A DNA stretch of 64,000 bases, taken from assembly GCA_036172245.1 (NCBI GenBank), contig JAYWIR010000004.1, forward strand, positions 4,588,001-4,652,000, written 5' to 3'. This DNA is from Raillietiella orientalis. Taxonomy: Eukaryota. This document shows, one piece after another, positions 12,411 to 24,900 of the stretch (its first letter is position 1; each line of letters opens with the position of its first letter). A program made the translations under genes and the position numbers. The notes below the pieces were generated by a model. The model had not been told where the DNA came from. It saw only the letters and a list, made by a program, of their open reading frames with translations, and ran no database searches.

Positions 12411-12459
12411 TTTTCCTGATATTCGATGTTTACGTCGTAAACATCGAAAATCAGGAAAA
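12411..12459. repeat. Near-perfect palindrome, 24-bp arms, 1-nt spacer
   Basis: TTTTCCTGATATTCGATGTTTACG-T-CGTAAACATCGAAAATCAGGAAAA, 1 mismatch. Confidence 0.95.
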
Positions 12460-13190
12460 GCAGGCATTGGGGTGCTATAATCGGTGACAACCTAGTCGCT
12501 TGATGATCTCAGTTGTTCCGAAGATCCCTTTTTTTCCATCCTCCATCTTAAACCATGTCATCGCACTCTCCTTGAGTCAATAACCAGTGCAAATGGCACC
12601 TTGGATAAAGACCATACTGTTCATCCCTCTTGGATATCACCATTGCTTTTAGAGATGACAGAAGGTCACCAGAAAGCAGGCAGCTGGTATAAACCCTAAG
12701 GGATTCTTTCGAGCAGAGTCTGAAGGCCATCGTCGGGGCGTTAAAGTACTTTTGTGATGAGCATCCATTACTGCGTTCCTTTCCTGATGCATTCTGCATT
12801 CCATAGGCGTTCACAATTCCGTTTCGTGCATCTTCCTTCCCTAGCATGGGTTGTTCCACATTGAGAAAAAGCATCCATTGCACCAGAGACTAGATGGCGA
12901 AGGGTAAGAACAGCAGCGTACATGAAGAAGATCGGAATCTTGAAATTTTCTTAGAGAATTTCAAGAAGTTGGATCAACCTGTGCAGATCCTAAGCAGGGT
13001 TTTCGGGTGTACTTTCAGGAGCCAGCCGGGAGCTTTCCATTAGGCAAGAGAACATTTATTCTTGCTTCTTTAATAACAACTCAGCTAAGGGAAGCAGGTA
13101 ACACAGATCTCATCAGTTCCTACGGTCGCGTGAGAGGATCGATGCTTCCGCATAAGAATAAGCACAGGGACACACCAGCATACCGACCCT

Positions 13191-13493
13191 TTGGCAGCAC
13201 ACCCAGCAGCCACCGAGGAGAATCAAAGAAAGGGACCAAAAGAGGAAACAGAGAACGCGTTCCAAACTTTTTCCCTCTCAGCCACAGAAGTGGTTGATAC
13301 GAAAGGCAACCAGGGCACTTTGCTCCTTAACCTCCAAATAAGTAAGAGGCTCACGGAAATACCAGTCTCCATCAAGCGACTAACCAAACGCCAAGGCCTC
13401 CGACTTTCGTCTATTGATCTGAACGCCAGCACCTCTGCGAATGAACTCGAACAACGTTTCGGGTATGGCTTCCGTGTTCTGCGCAGGCAGTAG
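13191..13493 (+). pseudogene. Possible non-LTR ORF1 (gag-like) fragment
   Basis: GLRLSSIDLNASTSANELEQRFGYGFRVLRR loosely resembles the RRM-like region of LINE ORF1 proteins. Weak, by eye only. Confidence 0.2.
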
Positions 13494-14008
13494 GCGAAGA
13501 AGGTTCATCAGCGCAGACCGCAGGTCACTCCGGGGTGCAAGCAGAGTTACACATGAGACACGATAGAGTGTGTTGGTACGGTTCAGAGACAGTCCAATGA
13601 AATGATTGAAGAGTATCCAGCTCCAATTGTTTTCCTTTTTCCCGTTCTAGAACTTTAATGTCTTGTGTAATAAGCCGCTGAAAAGAGGAATGCTGACTCT
13701 TTGAGTCACAGTGAGTGCAGGCAGTCGAGAGACTTAGGAAAGCAGTTCCAGTACATGCAGAAGGAACTTAGGATCAATGACAAGAAAGAGTTTTGCAGGT
13801 CGATTGCGACAGTCCGGGAGCCGTACTCGGGTGCCATACCGTGTTGTACCCGGTCACTCCGGGACCTTGATTTGAAAAATAAGGCGAACCACAAATAAGG
13901 GAAACAGAATTCCCTAAATATAAAAGAAGCCAGAAAAAAAAGTTCACTGGAGGTGACTACTGACATGCAGGTCGAAATAAATAAAACAAAATAGGAGAGT
14001 ATGACATG

Positions 14009-14667
14009 GGTCTTTGGCCTCAATCGTTCCTTTCTTCCTAAATGCGGCTGTGTAGCGATCTCTCTGACGAATTCTTCTGGAAGAAGAGGCCACCTCTCAT
14101 ACGTCCTCATCAAGGTGGTTGCCATGCAAATGGCTCCTTCGCTGCGAACGAGACCCCAACACATAGAAGACTGTCACTATGGAGCGGATGCAACATCTCG
14201 TTGTTTGTTATAGTTTTTTTCTTTTTTCCTTCTAGTTTTGTTTTATCCCTCCCTCTTCCCCTTCGTGGACGTGATGGACCTTGCTGGCCTCACCTTAGTT
14301 TTAGTGCAATAATTGGAGTAGGTAAGACTTTTGGCTTCATCGATCCCTCTAAGAGAAATCAACCGAGTCACCCGAGTCACACACGGGTCACCCGAGTGTG
14401 AAATCACGGCGCACCCGCCATTAGCCCGTGTTGAGTAAACAAACGTTGCAGCAGTTCGAAGTGGCGGGGAAGGGGGGTCTTGCAGTTGACGGAATGCCGG
14501 AGGGAGTCCCCGCTACATGTCTTCCAGGGCACTGCAGTTCAGCGGGAGATGATTGAACGATTCTGTCGCTCCGCATCTCAAACCGTTCAGGGAGGCAGTC
14601 ACCCTGGATGCCTAAGTTGATTGCACCGGAATACCTAGTGCCGAAACAGAAGAACGTCTCGTTTCCA
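14009..14667 (+). repeat. Near-identical inverted duplicate of 37558-38200
   Basis: I found only one substitution (~14157) and a 16-nt length difference at 14364-14383. Confidence 0.95.
14171..14400 (+). mobile_element. Short 3'-UTR-only retroelement fragment nested antisense in the 13846-15015 element
   Basis: It interrupts colinear ORF2 homology and has a T-rich then C-rich tract plus the family terminal motif, which is intact in the duplicate at 37852-37826 (AATCAACGCCCCGG-GTCAC-CCGAGTGT). The left boundary is approximate. Confidence 0.7.
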
Positions 14668-15439
14668 GCAGAGGTCTCCGTGCACAGGAAGGGACCACGA
14701 GTTCTTCCGTGAGCACACTTAAGAGTTCACACCTTTGCCCAGAAACAGGAATGACGGCATTCACCAGCTCTCTCGTCTTCCAGTCACCCAGAAGTTTCGC
14801 AACGCCTGCAATGGTGCAGGAAATTCCCGCTCCGCTGGTTGCAAATGTCTTTGTTTGCCTTGAAGAAGGACAGCGCTGAGGAAAAGGGTGTGACGGCAAT
14901 CTGGGACCACTCCATCCAGTCCCTCAGAACATTTCCGGGAGGGTTGCAGAGGAGAACTCGCAGGGGAAGAAGTTGTTTTGGACGCACTCCGAAGGTGGAG
15001 ACCCAGGTTTCGACCATTTCCGCCTCCTGCGCTTTCATTCAGCACAAGTTCGTGAGAGTCTCGTTGTTGACTCATGGAGGTCATCTCTCTTTCCCGGATT
15101 GCTTCCGTCCCGACGACATTTCCTGAAGACTTCCGGCTTTTTTCCAGCCAATCGCTCCCTTTCACCAGATCACGCTGGAGCAGTGTGGTCGTGTTTTTCA
15201 AGCGCTCCTGCGAACTTGGATTTTTCTTTGGGCCAGTGTAGTAACTTAGGTGTAGAAATGGTTGCCTTAGTGTGACTTGGATGATAGACGGAGGACTGCT
15301 CCACAGCCCTCGCAAGGGATAACGTGGAGTCCTCTTGTGAAACTGGAAGTGAAACCAGTTCCCTGAACAGGTTAACATTGAAGATGACGGTGCTCCTAGG
15401 GCGAAAGACGCGGTAGCAAGCTCCTCGGTGGAGGTGGCT

Positions 15440-16650
15440 TTTCCGGCCAGCAAGAATGAAGTGATGGATTTGAAGACCAAGGCCTATGCTAGCCAAGGGT
15501 ATAACCCTATTTTTAGGTACAAGGTAGGTCGAAGGAATTCCGGCGTCTCAGTGAACTCGGGCTACCTTCAAGCGCTGCTGCTAATGCTCGGTGTGGCAAG
15601 AGAGTGGGGTTACCTTGCACAAATGGAGCCTTGGTCCTCTTCCTACAAAAGTCACCAGTATGTGTTAAGGAGTGGAAAGTGTTCCCTACCTCTGAAGACA
15701 AATCGATGGTCACCCATCTGAGGAGGAACACTGTTGATATTTCCAAGGACGCGGTAGTGGCCAAACTATCAGAGTTGGGCTCTGTTCCTGCAGTGTGGTG
15801 CACAGTGGTGCCATGTCGCCCTTTCAAAAAGTTAACTCTGGCTGGCCGGAGCTATAATCGTGGTAACTAGGTCGAATAACCGTGGAAAATAAGTCGATCA
15901 TCCCACAGGAACAGCGCATCGACGATGAAAGGTTGCCAATGCTCAGATGGTACGTTTGCAAGCCCAAGTTTCTGGGCTTTGCAGAAACACAGGACACCTA
16001 AAATAGGTACACCCTTGCATCGGATGCACTCGGTGCAACCAGCTAGGACACATGCAGGTTACTTGCCAAGCTGTCGCAAACGAAAGTGTGCACAGAAACG
16101 ACGCGCGCCCAGGAAAAACAGGCAAACAAACAAGTAAACCATGCGCAGGCCGCCCCAGTTGCCGGAAAATGCAATGTCTGCGTCCGGCGCATGCCAGGAG
16201 CCGCAAACAGTACCGCATGCAAAGAGATGAGTGGAGGAAACAGTACCGCCCTCAATGGAAGATGAGACCTCTGCGGTCGAAGTGATCCTTAAGGGTAAAA
16301 GTTCGCAGGTGGTAAATAAGAAGGCGACTGAGAGCGCCTTACCTGCGCGCTACTTTCTCGGAGCTGGAGCTTCTAAAGGGAAGAGGAACCTCCCCAAATG
16401 GTCATTTGGGGTTCGACAAGCTCGAATGCTGTCTGAAATGGAATGCAATGGCGCGAGAGAATCTTGCACGTCTCCCAAAACTCCCTGGATGGAAGTGCTC
16501 TGCAGTGAGGAAACCTCTGGAAAGGTTAAATCTCTCCTAGCAGCGCTGGAGGAAACACGTGCAGCCCATTCTGAGGGTGTCTTTGACTACGGCTCCGCCT
16601 CGGCTGGACAACCTCCTGTTGGCCGAGGAAGCCATGACACGAACTGAAGG
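15440..16650 (+). pseudogene. Tx1-like ORF1 (gag-like) remnant
   Basis: Intact CX2CX4HX4C knuckle CTRCNQLGHMQVTC (16025-16066), preceded by a degenerate knuckle (GLCRNTGHLK) and an RRM-like VDISKDAVVAKLSELGSV. Multiple stops and frameshifts. Confidence 0.75.
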
Positions 16651-17068
16651 CGGGAAAACCCGATCCGCTTCTTCTGTGTGCAGCATCAGGGGCCTGTGGA
16701 ATGATGAACGATCGAGGAGTCCTTCTGAAACTTCCACCTTGCTCCTGCAGGAGGTCCACAACATCTGCAAGACCAGGTCCGTGCAGATGACCCATGAGAT
16801 CGATCCAATCTCAGCAGAAACCCTTGAGGTGAAGTGTGACACACTTGCCGGGTCGTATTCCTCCTCAAGCCACATGTGGCAGCTGTTGCAACGCGTTTGA
16901 CGAAGGCTGTCAGGTAGTCCAGCTCAGTGGACCTTGTCAGAACAAGCATTTGCGCACCCTGCGACTGCTAGTCCAACCGGAACGGGATGAACTTTCTGAA
17001 TGGCTTGGAGTGAAGCTAGCTGTAGCTGACGCATAGTAGGAATACGCTACCTTATAATAGAGGATTTC

Positions 17069-17559
17069 CATTTTAGTATATGTACAGCCGAAGTATGTAC
17101 TTCACTCCAGGCGGCCTGTCGTTAGTTGCTGTTATCACAACGGTCTGTTGCACCCGCGCCATCGACAAGGCCCACTGAGAGCTGGAGACCCAGGCGATCC
17201 GTCGTCAGGCCACCGGAATAGCCGACGAGAACATGACGTCGGCTGCCGTTGGCTTTATCTTCCGGAAGACGCAAGGAACAAGATCTCCGGCATCCAACGC
17301 CGGTTCTGAAAGGAAGGAACGGACGAAGCCAAAGACCCCTATCCCCTCCCCTCCCCATATATCGCTTCTCGGCCTATTGGCTAAGATCAAAGTGTATCAT
17401 TTTTTATGTGTATTTGTGGTCCCCTCCCTCCCGTTCTGGACTTTCGCTTTTATCGACCTGCGTGTCAGGAAGCCCTCCCTTCGTTTTTCTGTGTTCTTTG
17501 TCCGGAAACTCTGTTCCCGGAGAGTTTAGCAATAAACGCCCTGGCGCACCTGGGTGAAA
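17069..17559 (+). mobile_element. Short 5'-truncated copy of the 2291-4010 family
   Basis: 17101-17557 aligns with ~3574-4007. Candidate 13-bp TSD AATAGAG(G/A)ATTTC at 17056-17068 and 17560-17572. 17069-17100 is unrelated filler. Confidence 0.9.
17361..17396 (+). pseudogene. U2: U2 snRNA 5' fragment (nt 1-36) inside a retroelement 3' UTR
   Basis: ATCGCTTCTCGGCCTATTGGCTAAGATCAAAGTGTA, absent at the homologous position (~3831) of the 2291-4010 copy. Confidence 0.95.
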
Positions 17560-17572
17560 AATAGAGAATTTC

Positions 17573-18956
17573 AACGGTCCTCCTGTTCTTAGACGACGCT
17601 CTCTTCCTGAGTCTGCGCTCGAAAGCCAATGAGATATGTGCACCAATACACAACATGAACTTGTTTGAAGAAGAACCTGGAATATCCAGCTCCATCGACC
17701 ACGTGTCTTTGATTACAACTTTGCGCCAGAGCGCGTGCATAGTGGGGAAATTGGACCATGCAGCCACCATGGTGGCTGGATGGTCAAATGGCTCGCAGCT
17801 TCGACAGATGGTTGCCTTGGCTCGAAGGAATACCTGGACCTCCTGCCTCCCTGTGAACTAGACTGCCTGGTTGCAGGAGTCACTTTACCTAATTGCGTTT
17901 TTGCATGGAGAAAGATCCATGGCTCGAGCGAGGCAGAGTATATCTGCGTGCAGAACAGCAGGTATGCTCGTCAGTCGTTGAGGGAGATCCTGGAGAAAAC
18001 CAGGATTCTGCTGTGGACTTCATTCACCCCCCTTACGACAGAGCTGCCCTTCCTACGGGAAGCAAGGGACAGCGACCTTCCGGAAAGGTGGGAAGTGACG
18101 TGTATAATAGACAAAAGGAGAAAAACATCGAAGTGAGCGGAGAACTCGGGAGTTGGAGGACGCTGCCACTCCGAGTGTCCCTTCAAAAAAACTGCCACGC
18201 TGGGGAGAACTACTAGAAATTCCTCCGGAGGAGGTGGAGTGACCCCAGCGTGTTGGAATAGTGCAACCCTCCCCGTAAAGTGTCAGGAGTCGGCGGTCCT
18301 GCTGTTGCATTGGGGCCCCCTGTGCAACATCCGCCGACTCTATTGGACCCGGGGAGTGCAAGTCCGAACTGCGGCAGATGTGGCGAGTAAGAGTCCCTCC
18401 CGCATCTGCTCATAGATTGTGCTGCCCTTCGTCCCCTATGGGAGCGCTTTGCCGCGTCCCTACAGATCCTCGAGGGCAACCCCAGAGACGTTCTGAACCT
18501 CCTCTTCCTGCACGACGCCCTCACGCCGGCCACATCCCTATCAGTACTTTGTTGCCTATGTGGTATCGTAGTGGCCTCAGGCAACGCCAGAGGAGGCCAG
18601 GACGATAGAGACGGCATCTATTTTGCGGTCCTCTTCATAGATATAGGGTCAAGATGGCTTCGACTGGGAATCCTGAAACAGGAACTTGCCAGCATCCTGG
18701 AAAGGATGCAGAGGACTCCCTCCAGCTGTCTTTGATCCCTTTCCGGTCCTTCCAGATATTTTTTGTATGTATTTATGTTTTTATTTTATTTTTATTTTTG
18801 TTTGTTCCTCTCCCCTTGTGCTGCCGAGACCAACCTCGCCAGACTGCGTGCTGGTTCTCGACAGGTTGCCACAGTTACATTTGTAAGGACCACGCGTCTT
18901 GTTACCGACTTGTAAGTTTATTTTATATAAATAAACGCCCCGGTACAACCGGGTGT
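17573..18956 (+). mobile_element. Decayed Tx1-like element of a related family (ORF2 C-terminus and 3' UTR)
   Basis: LREARDSDLPERWEVTCII aligns to LRARDDSCEPARWEVACTI; SPNCGRCGE*ESLPHLLIDC at 18361-18420; ends in AATAAACGCCCCGG-TACAA-CCGGGTGT. The 5' boundary is approximate. Confidence 0.85.
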
Positions 18957-21900
18957 CAAGCTACCATAATGTCTTTTGACATGCCGTTGACAAACCTCAG
19001 TTTCCTCTGAAGGGTTTCCCAAGCGGAAGTACTCTACCAACACACCGGAGAAAGATCGACGCCATGAACACAACGGAAGACCCGAGGAGAATTCGATCCC
19101 ATGGCGCAAACTGAAGGTGGACTCCGAAGCTCTGTGGTCCCTGTCTGGACCCAGGAGGATGTACTTCCAATTTCGGCTGGTCAACGGGAGCATTCGATCT
19201 CCAACGCACACAAGTCATTCTTGTGCTACCCCGTGGCCTATCATCCTAGCAGCATCTTGAGTGGGGAATCTAAGAGGCACCCATTCTCGACGTGAATCCT
19301 TTAAGGGTATTAAAGCCCTTAGCGCATAATGCCGCTCGCGGAATCCTCAGCCAAACGCGAACAAATTCCCTGTACGCGCAGTTCAGCGCATTCTCTGCTT
19401 CCTAAAAGAGGGTGGGGCAAATGTAACTCTGGGCTACGCGTGACTCAGTCTTCATGTCCATCTGTTTTCAATTTTAAAAGAAGGGGGATCGCAGCAAGGG
19501 TTTCCCCGAAGAGGCTTTCGCTTCAGAGGCAGCATCGCCCCCAACTCCGGCCTGCTCCGAGGGATCACTCCACGCACATTTCCCTAGGGGTTCCCATGTT
19601 ATCTTCCACGGGGATTGTGAACAAATTCCTCTTGATTGCCGAGGTTCCAATGGACACAGACACCAACTCTGATGACCTCTAGGGTGAGCTGAGCAGCGAA
19701 CCGTTCACTGCAGCAGCGACTACGGGAACGTTTGCCGCTGCTGCAGTGCCTACAATCGCGGCGTGACCGGGTGCGAAACCTTGGGGTGTTTCTTCCATTG
19801 ATTTTTCCACGTGCCACTGAGGTTTTCCGTGTTTTTTTTCTTCAATTGCTTGCTTAAAACCTTCGGGAATCAGGCTACAATCATGAGGCAGTCGAAATCT
19901 GCCACCATCTCACCTGTTTTTGCATAACGCTAATCCTATTCCGCAGGCTATGGTAATCTTGTTTCTGAATCTTCTTGTCCTCTGGTTGCCTCCTCAAGCT
20001 TCTGGAAAGATACTTTGCCTTCTCCGTGAGGTGTGAAAGTTCTTCTGCTCGTGAAGTCGAAACGTTCTCTTTTCTGTGTATCAGACTATTTCTTTTCCCT
20101 GGAAGTTCATGAATAGGTTCTGTAATGTGACCGGAATTCATAGTGCCCTTCTGACAGATTCGCGTGTGATGCCTTTTGACTATCGAAACCTTTCCACGCA
20201 GTACCCCGACGGGCACAAGGAAGCACTGAACCGGACTGTTTTTAGAGAGGTAGGACTTCCAACTCGGCTACCCGGAGGTGGCTGACACTTCCGATTTCTT
20301 TGCATCACTTGGTGAGGTGATGGATGCTCAAGTGGGCAATGGGTGTCTGCCTCGTTTTTTCTTCTAGGAATGGCAGGGACTAGGAAGGAGAGTTTTGAGT
20401 ACTCTCCGTTCACTCCTTTGAGTACCGGCATCCACAAAACGTTGCCATGGTCACCAAGAAAAAGCTTCTCCCTTCCTTCTACAATGCTTAAATTGAGATC
20501 AATGCTTCTTTAATGCCTTAACATTTAAATTCAACTGAGGTTTGAAGAGGAGCAGTCTTGAGTTGATTCAATCAATGAGTCTAGGAAGTATCCCTCGAAT
20601 GCTAGATCGTACAGAAGACCACGGGCTAGAGATCACACAGGAGTCTCCGTAAGTTCGAGGAATACCAGGAAGCGAACGCAGGGACTGAGACCTCAATTTC
20701 TGAAGAGGATAGGAAAACAGCAGCCTCGAGCTACTTTCCTCCCTCCTCTTCTCTCGTTTCCTTGAAGGCTGATGCTGATGCGATCTTGATGCTGTTTACC
20801 ATGCGGGACACATTAACCAGGACGTTAACCGTTAACCAGGACACATCCAAAATAATGATCTGATTGTTTTTTTCCAGGATGAAATCTTTTAGTCTTTTAT
20901 TTAGAACCATGTCTGCGATTGTTCTGCTCTCCGACTCAGCTTCCTATTGTCCGGAGAGGTATACTTCCCATCCCTCCGCCCATTTTGTTTCAGCACCCCG
21001 AAAGAAACCGCAGATAAAGTCATTTAACTTGCAGATATCATCTACAAAGACCATACTGGCTCGTTTGACTGGGACGAGTCATCTCCCCAGGACTTGTGGA
21101 GAACGGATTTTACCTCCCGAAGTACGAACCAGGACTTTCTCTTTCTGGTTTCACATGATAGCCACCCGGCAGCCCTTCCCGTAGACGACCAGAACTACTC
21201 CAGCAACACTCTGGACTCCGGAAGTGACGCAACCGTTCATGCAAACGTCCTACCGACTGAACCTTCTCTCGTGTGGGGCAGTTCGAGGAGTGCTGAGGAT
21301 CTTTCAGAAGTGCCATCTTAAATTTGGCCTCCGTTATCCTTCACCGGTGTCTCTTTTTTCCCTCTGATGGTTCCCAGAGTCACCCGTGGAGATACTTGAT
21401 CACTGTCAGTTTTGTTGTCGATGCATCTTTCATACTTTCTCCGCGGCTCAGTAATCCCCATCCAGTGGTGCTATTGGAATTTTGAAAAATGGCTTCTCAG
21501 AAGAGTTAACCTTATCTGAAGCAAAACTGGGCCTCAGCATGTGTTTATTCTTCACATTTTCTACCGTTAGCTGAAGTTTCCACCTGATTTATAGCTCTAT
21601 TGTTTGTTTCCTAGATATTCGGGATGGACGCTGCTCCTGTTTTTTGTTCGTGTTAATTTAAACGTCAGAAAATTTTTGTTAATCCTTGGAGTTTGCATTT
21701 TTTTTTTTATATTTAATAATTGATAATCAGGTGCTTGAAGGCGCGCTTGCATCTCCCTTACGACACTGAGATCTCGAAGACATGGAAACGGGAGTTTTAT
21801 TGCTGTTGTTGTTTGAAACTGCAAAAGGTGGAGCACGAAAAGGTTGGATGGCAAATCCTTCTTGAGGCTTCCCAAGTCGCCGGATGCCATGCCGGAAAAC

Positions 21901-24900
21901 GCGACTGCCGGCATGTGAATTATCTTGCATGTTTGGAGGACTGATGACACCAAGGAGGGAATCATGCCTGTTCAGCATTTCTGCAGGTCTCAAGCATGTG
22001 TCCTTGCTGATTCTGTTTCCCGATTAAATCCCCTGGCTCGGATCTGAGTGTCGCATGTGGTCGAATTTTCTAGATTCAGGGAAAGGAAGCAGAAATCTTC
22101 CTTGCTGTGAGGGAATATTTGTTACGTAAACAGCCAGTAATCCGCGGAATCCTTGGGTCATGGATGCATACGGAATGCTGTATTCTCTCCTAAATCTCGC
22201 ATTCATTCCTTATAAAGATATTCCAGCATGATTAATTATTTTCAGTGGATCCTATTTTGTAGATCGATGCATCTGCTTTTCTTCCAGGGTATACGTTCAA
22301 TAGCTGTCCATTTTCTTTTTTAGTAATCATGTCAGAGAACTTCCTCCCCACCCCACTCTCCCACCCCAAAAAGGATGTATTCTCCTGTGGATTTACTTGA
22401 TTTTAACGTCTGTTGTTCATAAATAACTTAAGAGCTGAGGAATGATGAACCATTTCATAAATGGAGCTCTTCTATTCTATACGCTGCTTTCCTTTAACGA
22501 TTTTGATAGTAGATGCAAGTTGGTTCTAGCTCATGATGGTGGAACAGGAAGACCAGTAGGAAGTTGCTACAGGGCTGATGATTATTCAATGATAGGAAAA
22601 TTAAGCTGAGAGATCTGGGAGCTATCGCAGTGCACTGAGGAACAGTGCTTAGACGGAAGTTTGATGGATGTATCGGAAAACTGCACCTCGACAAGTGAAA
22701 AGGGTCGCATCCGTACCTAAGGGTTTCAGCAACTTCTCGTCGAAATTCTTGTCATCCTTTTGATTTCGTACTCTGCTTTCAGTTTGCTCTGAAGCTGCTG
22801 GTTGACTCCACGCAGGCGGGAGGTTTTGTCCGCCGCCTCGTTGCTCTACTTCGTGATCTCAAGTTTCATTCATCCAGCGCTTCTTCCGAAAAGCAACCGG
22901 TATTGAAGTGAAAGCGTGTTCCCATGCTGCACCACTAGTGTTCTTCACCACGACATGATTCTCCACAGCTGGACCCGGTCATTTTCTTCTAATTTGGAAG
23001 GTCATTTGTGCCTTAGAGCATAAACTTCCTCTGTGAATGCTTTTCCTATTTTCAGGTGGTGATGCTAGGTGGTGATGATCTGGGTGGAGGAGGCTGAATC
23101 GGATTTGAGAAATTACTTCAAAAGAGACCTTTCAAGGTCTTTTATTTTTATTTTTTTATTTAGTGCAGTTTTCCACCCATGTTTCTTTTTTGTTGGCTAT
23201 CAACAGCATAACCTTCTGTGTGGGTCATCGATACAGTTTCTCAACATCAATTGTGACGAGAGGAGTTTTTCCATTCCCCTTTCCTCTTTGACTTATTGAT
23301 CTTTAGATACTCTTTCCGGACGGAATTTCTTCACCTTGTGCTGGAATCTGATTTTCTATCAATACTTTTTTGACATGGCAACCTGTGACGGATTCCATTT
23401 CTTTTTGCTTTCACCCCTGGGTGACAGCATTTGAAATGAATCGTTTTTTCCCACCTTTAATTTTGTTTTTTGTTTTTTTTGTTTTTTTTTGCACCCCTTT
23501 TTTTTCCTTTTATCTTTTTGTCGTTTTACGTCCTGCTTTGTCCTTGCAGTTCCTATTATCCGCCTGCCGACTATTTGTACAGATTTACCTTTCTTATCGG
23601 GATTCCAACTCCAGTGCCTCCATAGACGTCCAAGCTCGAGAATAGAGTGCTTGCTTGATTTCAACAGAGATTTCAGGCACTGAAATCACGTCTGCTTTGT
23701 GCAGCTTGGCATTCCAGAACGACTCTTGTGTAATTCGAGCCTTTCTGTCTCTTTTGGCGCTCTGATGTTGGTTTCCCATCCTCGAAACACGATCGAGTTT
23801 TTTTTTTTTGTTTGAGGAAAAAGGAAGGATTTTTTCCGCTTCCTTCCAACACTCCTTGAATTTCTGAATACTCCTTTTCGAGGCTTCCATATTTTATACA
23901 AAATTTTCTCGCCTAAAGAATCTGATGTGAGTCAGTTGAACACCTTGGGAGTTCAAGTAGGTTTGGTAGGTCAGCGGAACAATTATTCTTTCCACAGTGC
24001 GTATTCAACCCGTTTAGTTAGAGGTTTGCAATGTTTTACTTCTAGTTCTCGTCCCACCTCAAGTGCTTAATGGATCGTGCATTTCGGATAGCAGTGCTAC
24101 TTGGCTTCGTTCTCCCAACATCCTTGCGTTTGCTTTCATGATAACACCTATCCTCCCAATAAACCTCCTTGTTCATCATGAAGCGGCATTTTATTTCCCT
24201 AATTCGCAGAAATGAAAGCGGAAGATGAAAATGAAGAGGTCGAACTAGAGGGCCGTAAATATAAAAAATTACCTTGGTCACTGATCATAAAGCTCCGTAC
24301 GAAGATTTGTTTCCTGTGACAGAAAAGGCAAGATCAGAAACGCTTCGAGAGTGGAGAACTTTTCGTATGATCTCTCATAAAACCATGATGAGCGCTGAAT
24401 TGTCTATCACTTACTAGCAGTTTTATGGCAGTATCATGATTCATCATCTCAAACACAAGGAAAAAAAGGTATTTAAAGGACTGTTGTTGATGAGCACGCT
24501 TTGGATCGCCTACCAGAATGTGTATACGAACACCTGTGTTCTTTATTCCGATTCACATCATTTGGGTTCCAGTGTCAAATTTCAGGAATGCGTTTCACGG
24601 AAATCCTGGCTAATTTGAAATACAGCGCAGGATGCGTTGAGATTTGTCACTGAAGACGGAGCTAGATTGGAAGACTTCCTATTGAAATTAGTTGGAGCCC
24701 TGATTCTTCATGAAAACTGGTCTGGTATGGGTTCCTTTTCTAAAGTACAACTGCAGGCCCTGTCATCAGCTGATGAAATCAAACAAAAAGCATTTTTATG
24801 CCGAAATGGCAGGTAGAAAAGGAAATAATGCTGCCCGAATCATGAAGTTTATATGAGTATTGAGTATGTCAGCTGTTGAAAATGGAAGAAACTGTGCACC

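Larger units (their letters stand above)
13846..15015 (-). mobile_element. Decayed Tx1-like ORF2 C-terminus and 3' UTR, interrupted by a nested insertion
   Basis: Minus-strand peptides align to the 2326 ORF: EWSQIAVTPFSSALS vs KWTRLAVTPLADALS; SCTIAG...EELVVPS; NGLRCGATESFNHLPLNC (zinc finger); WPLLPEEFVREIA vs WAHLPESVRREIA. Ends in AATCAAGGTCCCGG-AGTGA-CCGGGTAC (13872-13846). The 5' boundary is approximate. Confidence 0.85.

Noticed and set aside
12548..12890. Minus-strand WCNGCFFSMWNNPC as a viral fusion-loop-like motif
   Set aside because: The resemblance rests on a few Cys/Trp residues, and the surrounding frames give no support.
19881..21100. Possible LINE ORF2 remnants on minus (DYHSLRNRI; SMVFVDDICK)
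   Set aside because: These are isolated short motifs, in the wrong order for a single ORF2, with no other RT motifs found.
23041..23098. Host exon after a strong acceptor-like TTTTCCTATTTTCAG
   Set aside because: No recognisable peptide or partner exons; it cannot be supported without transcript data.
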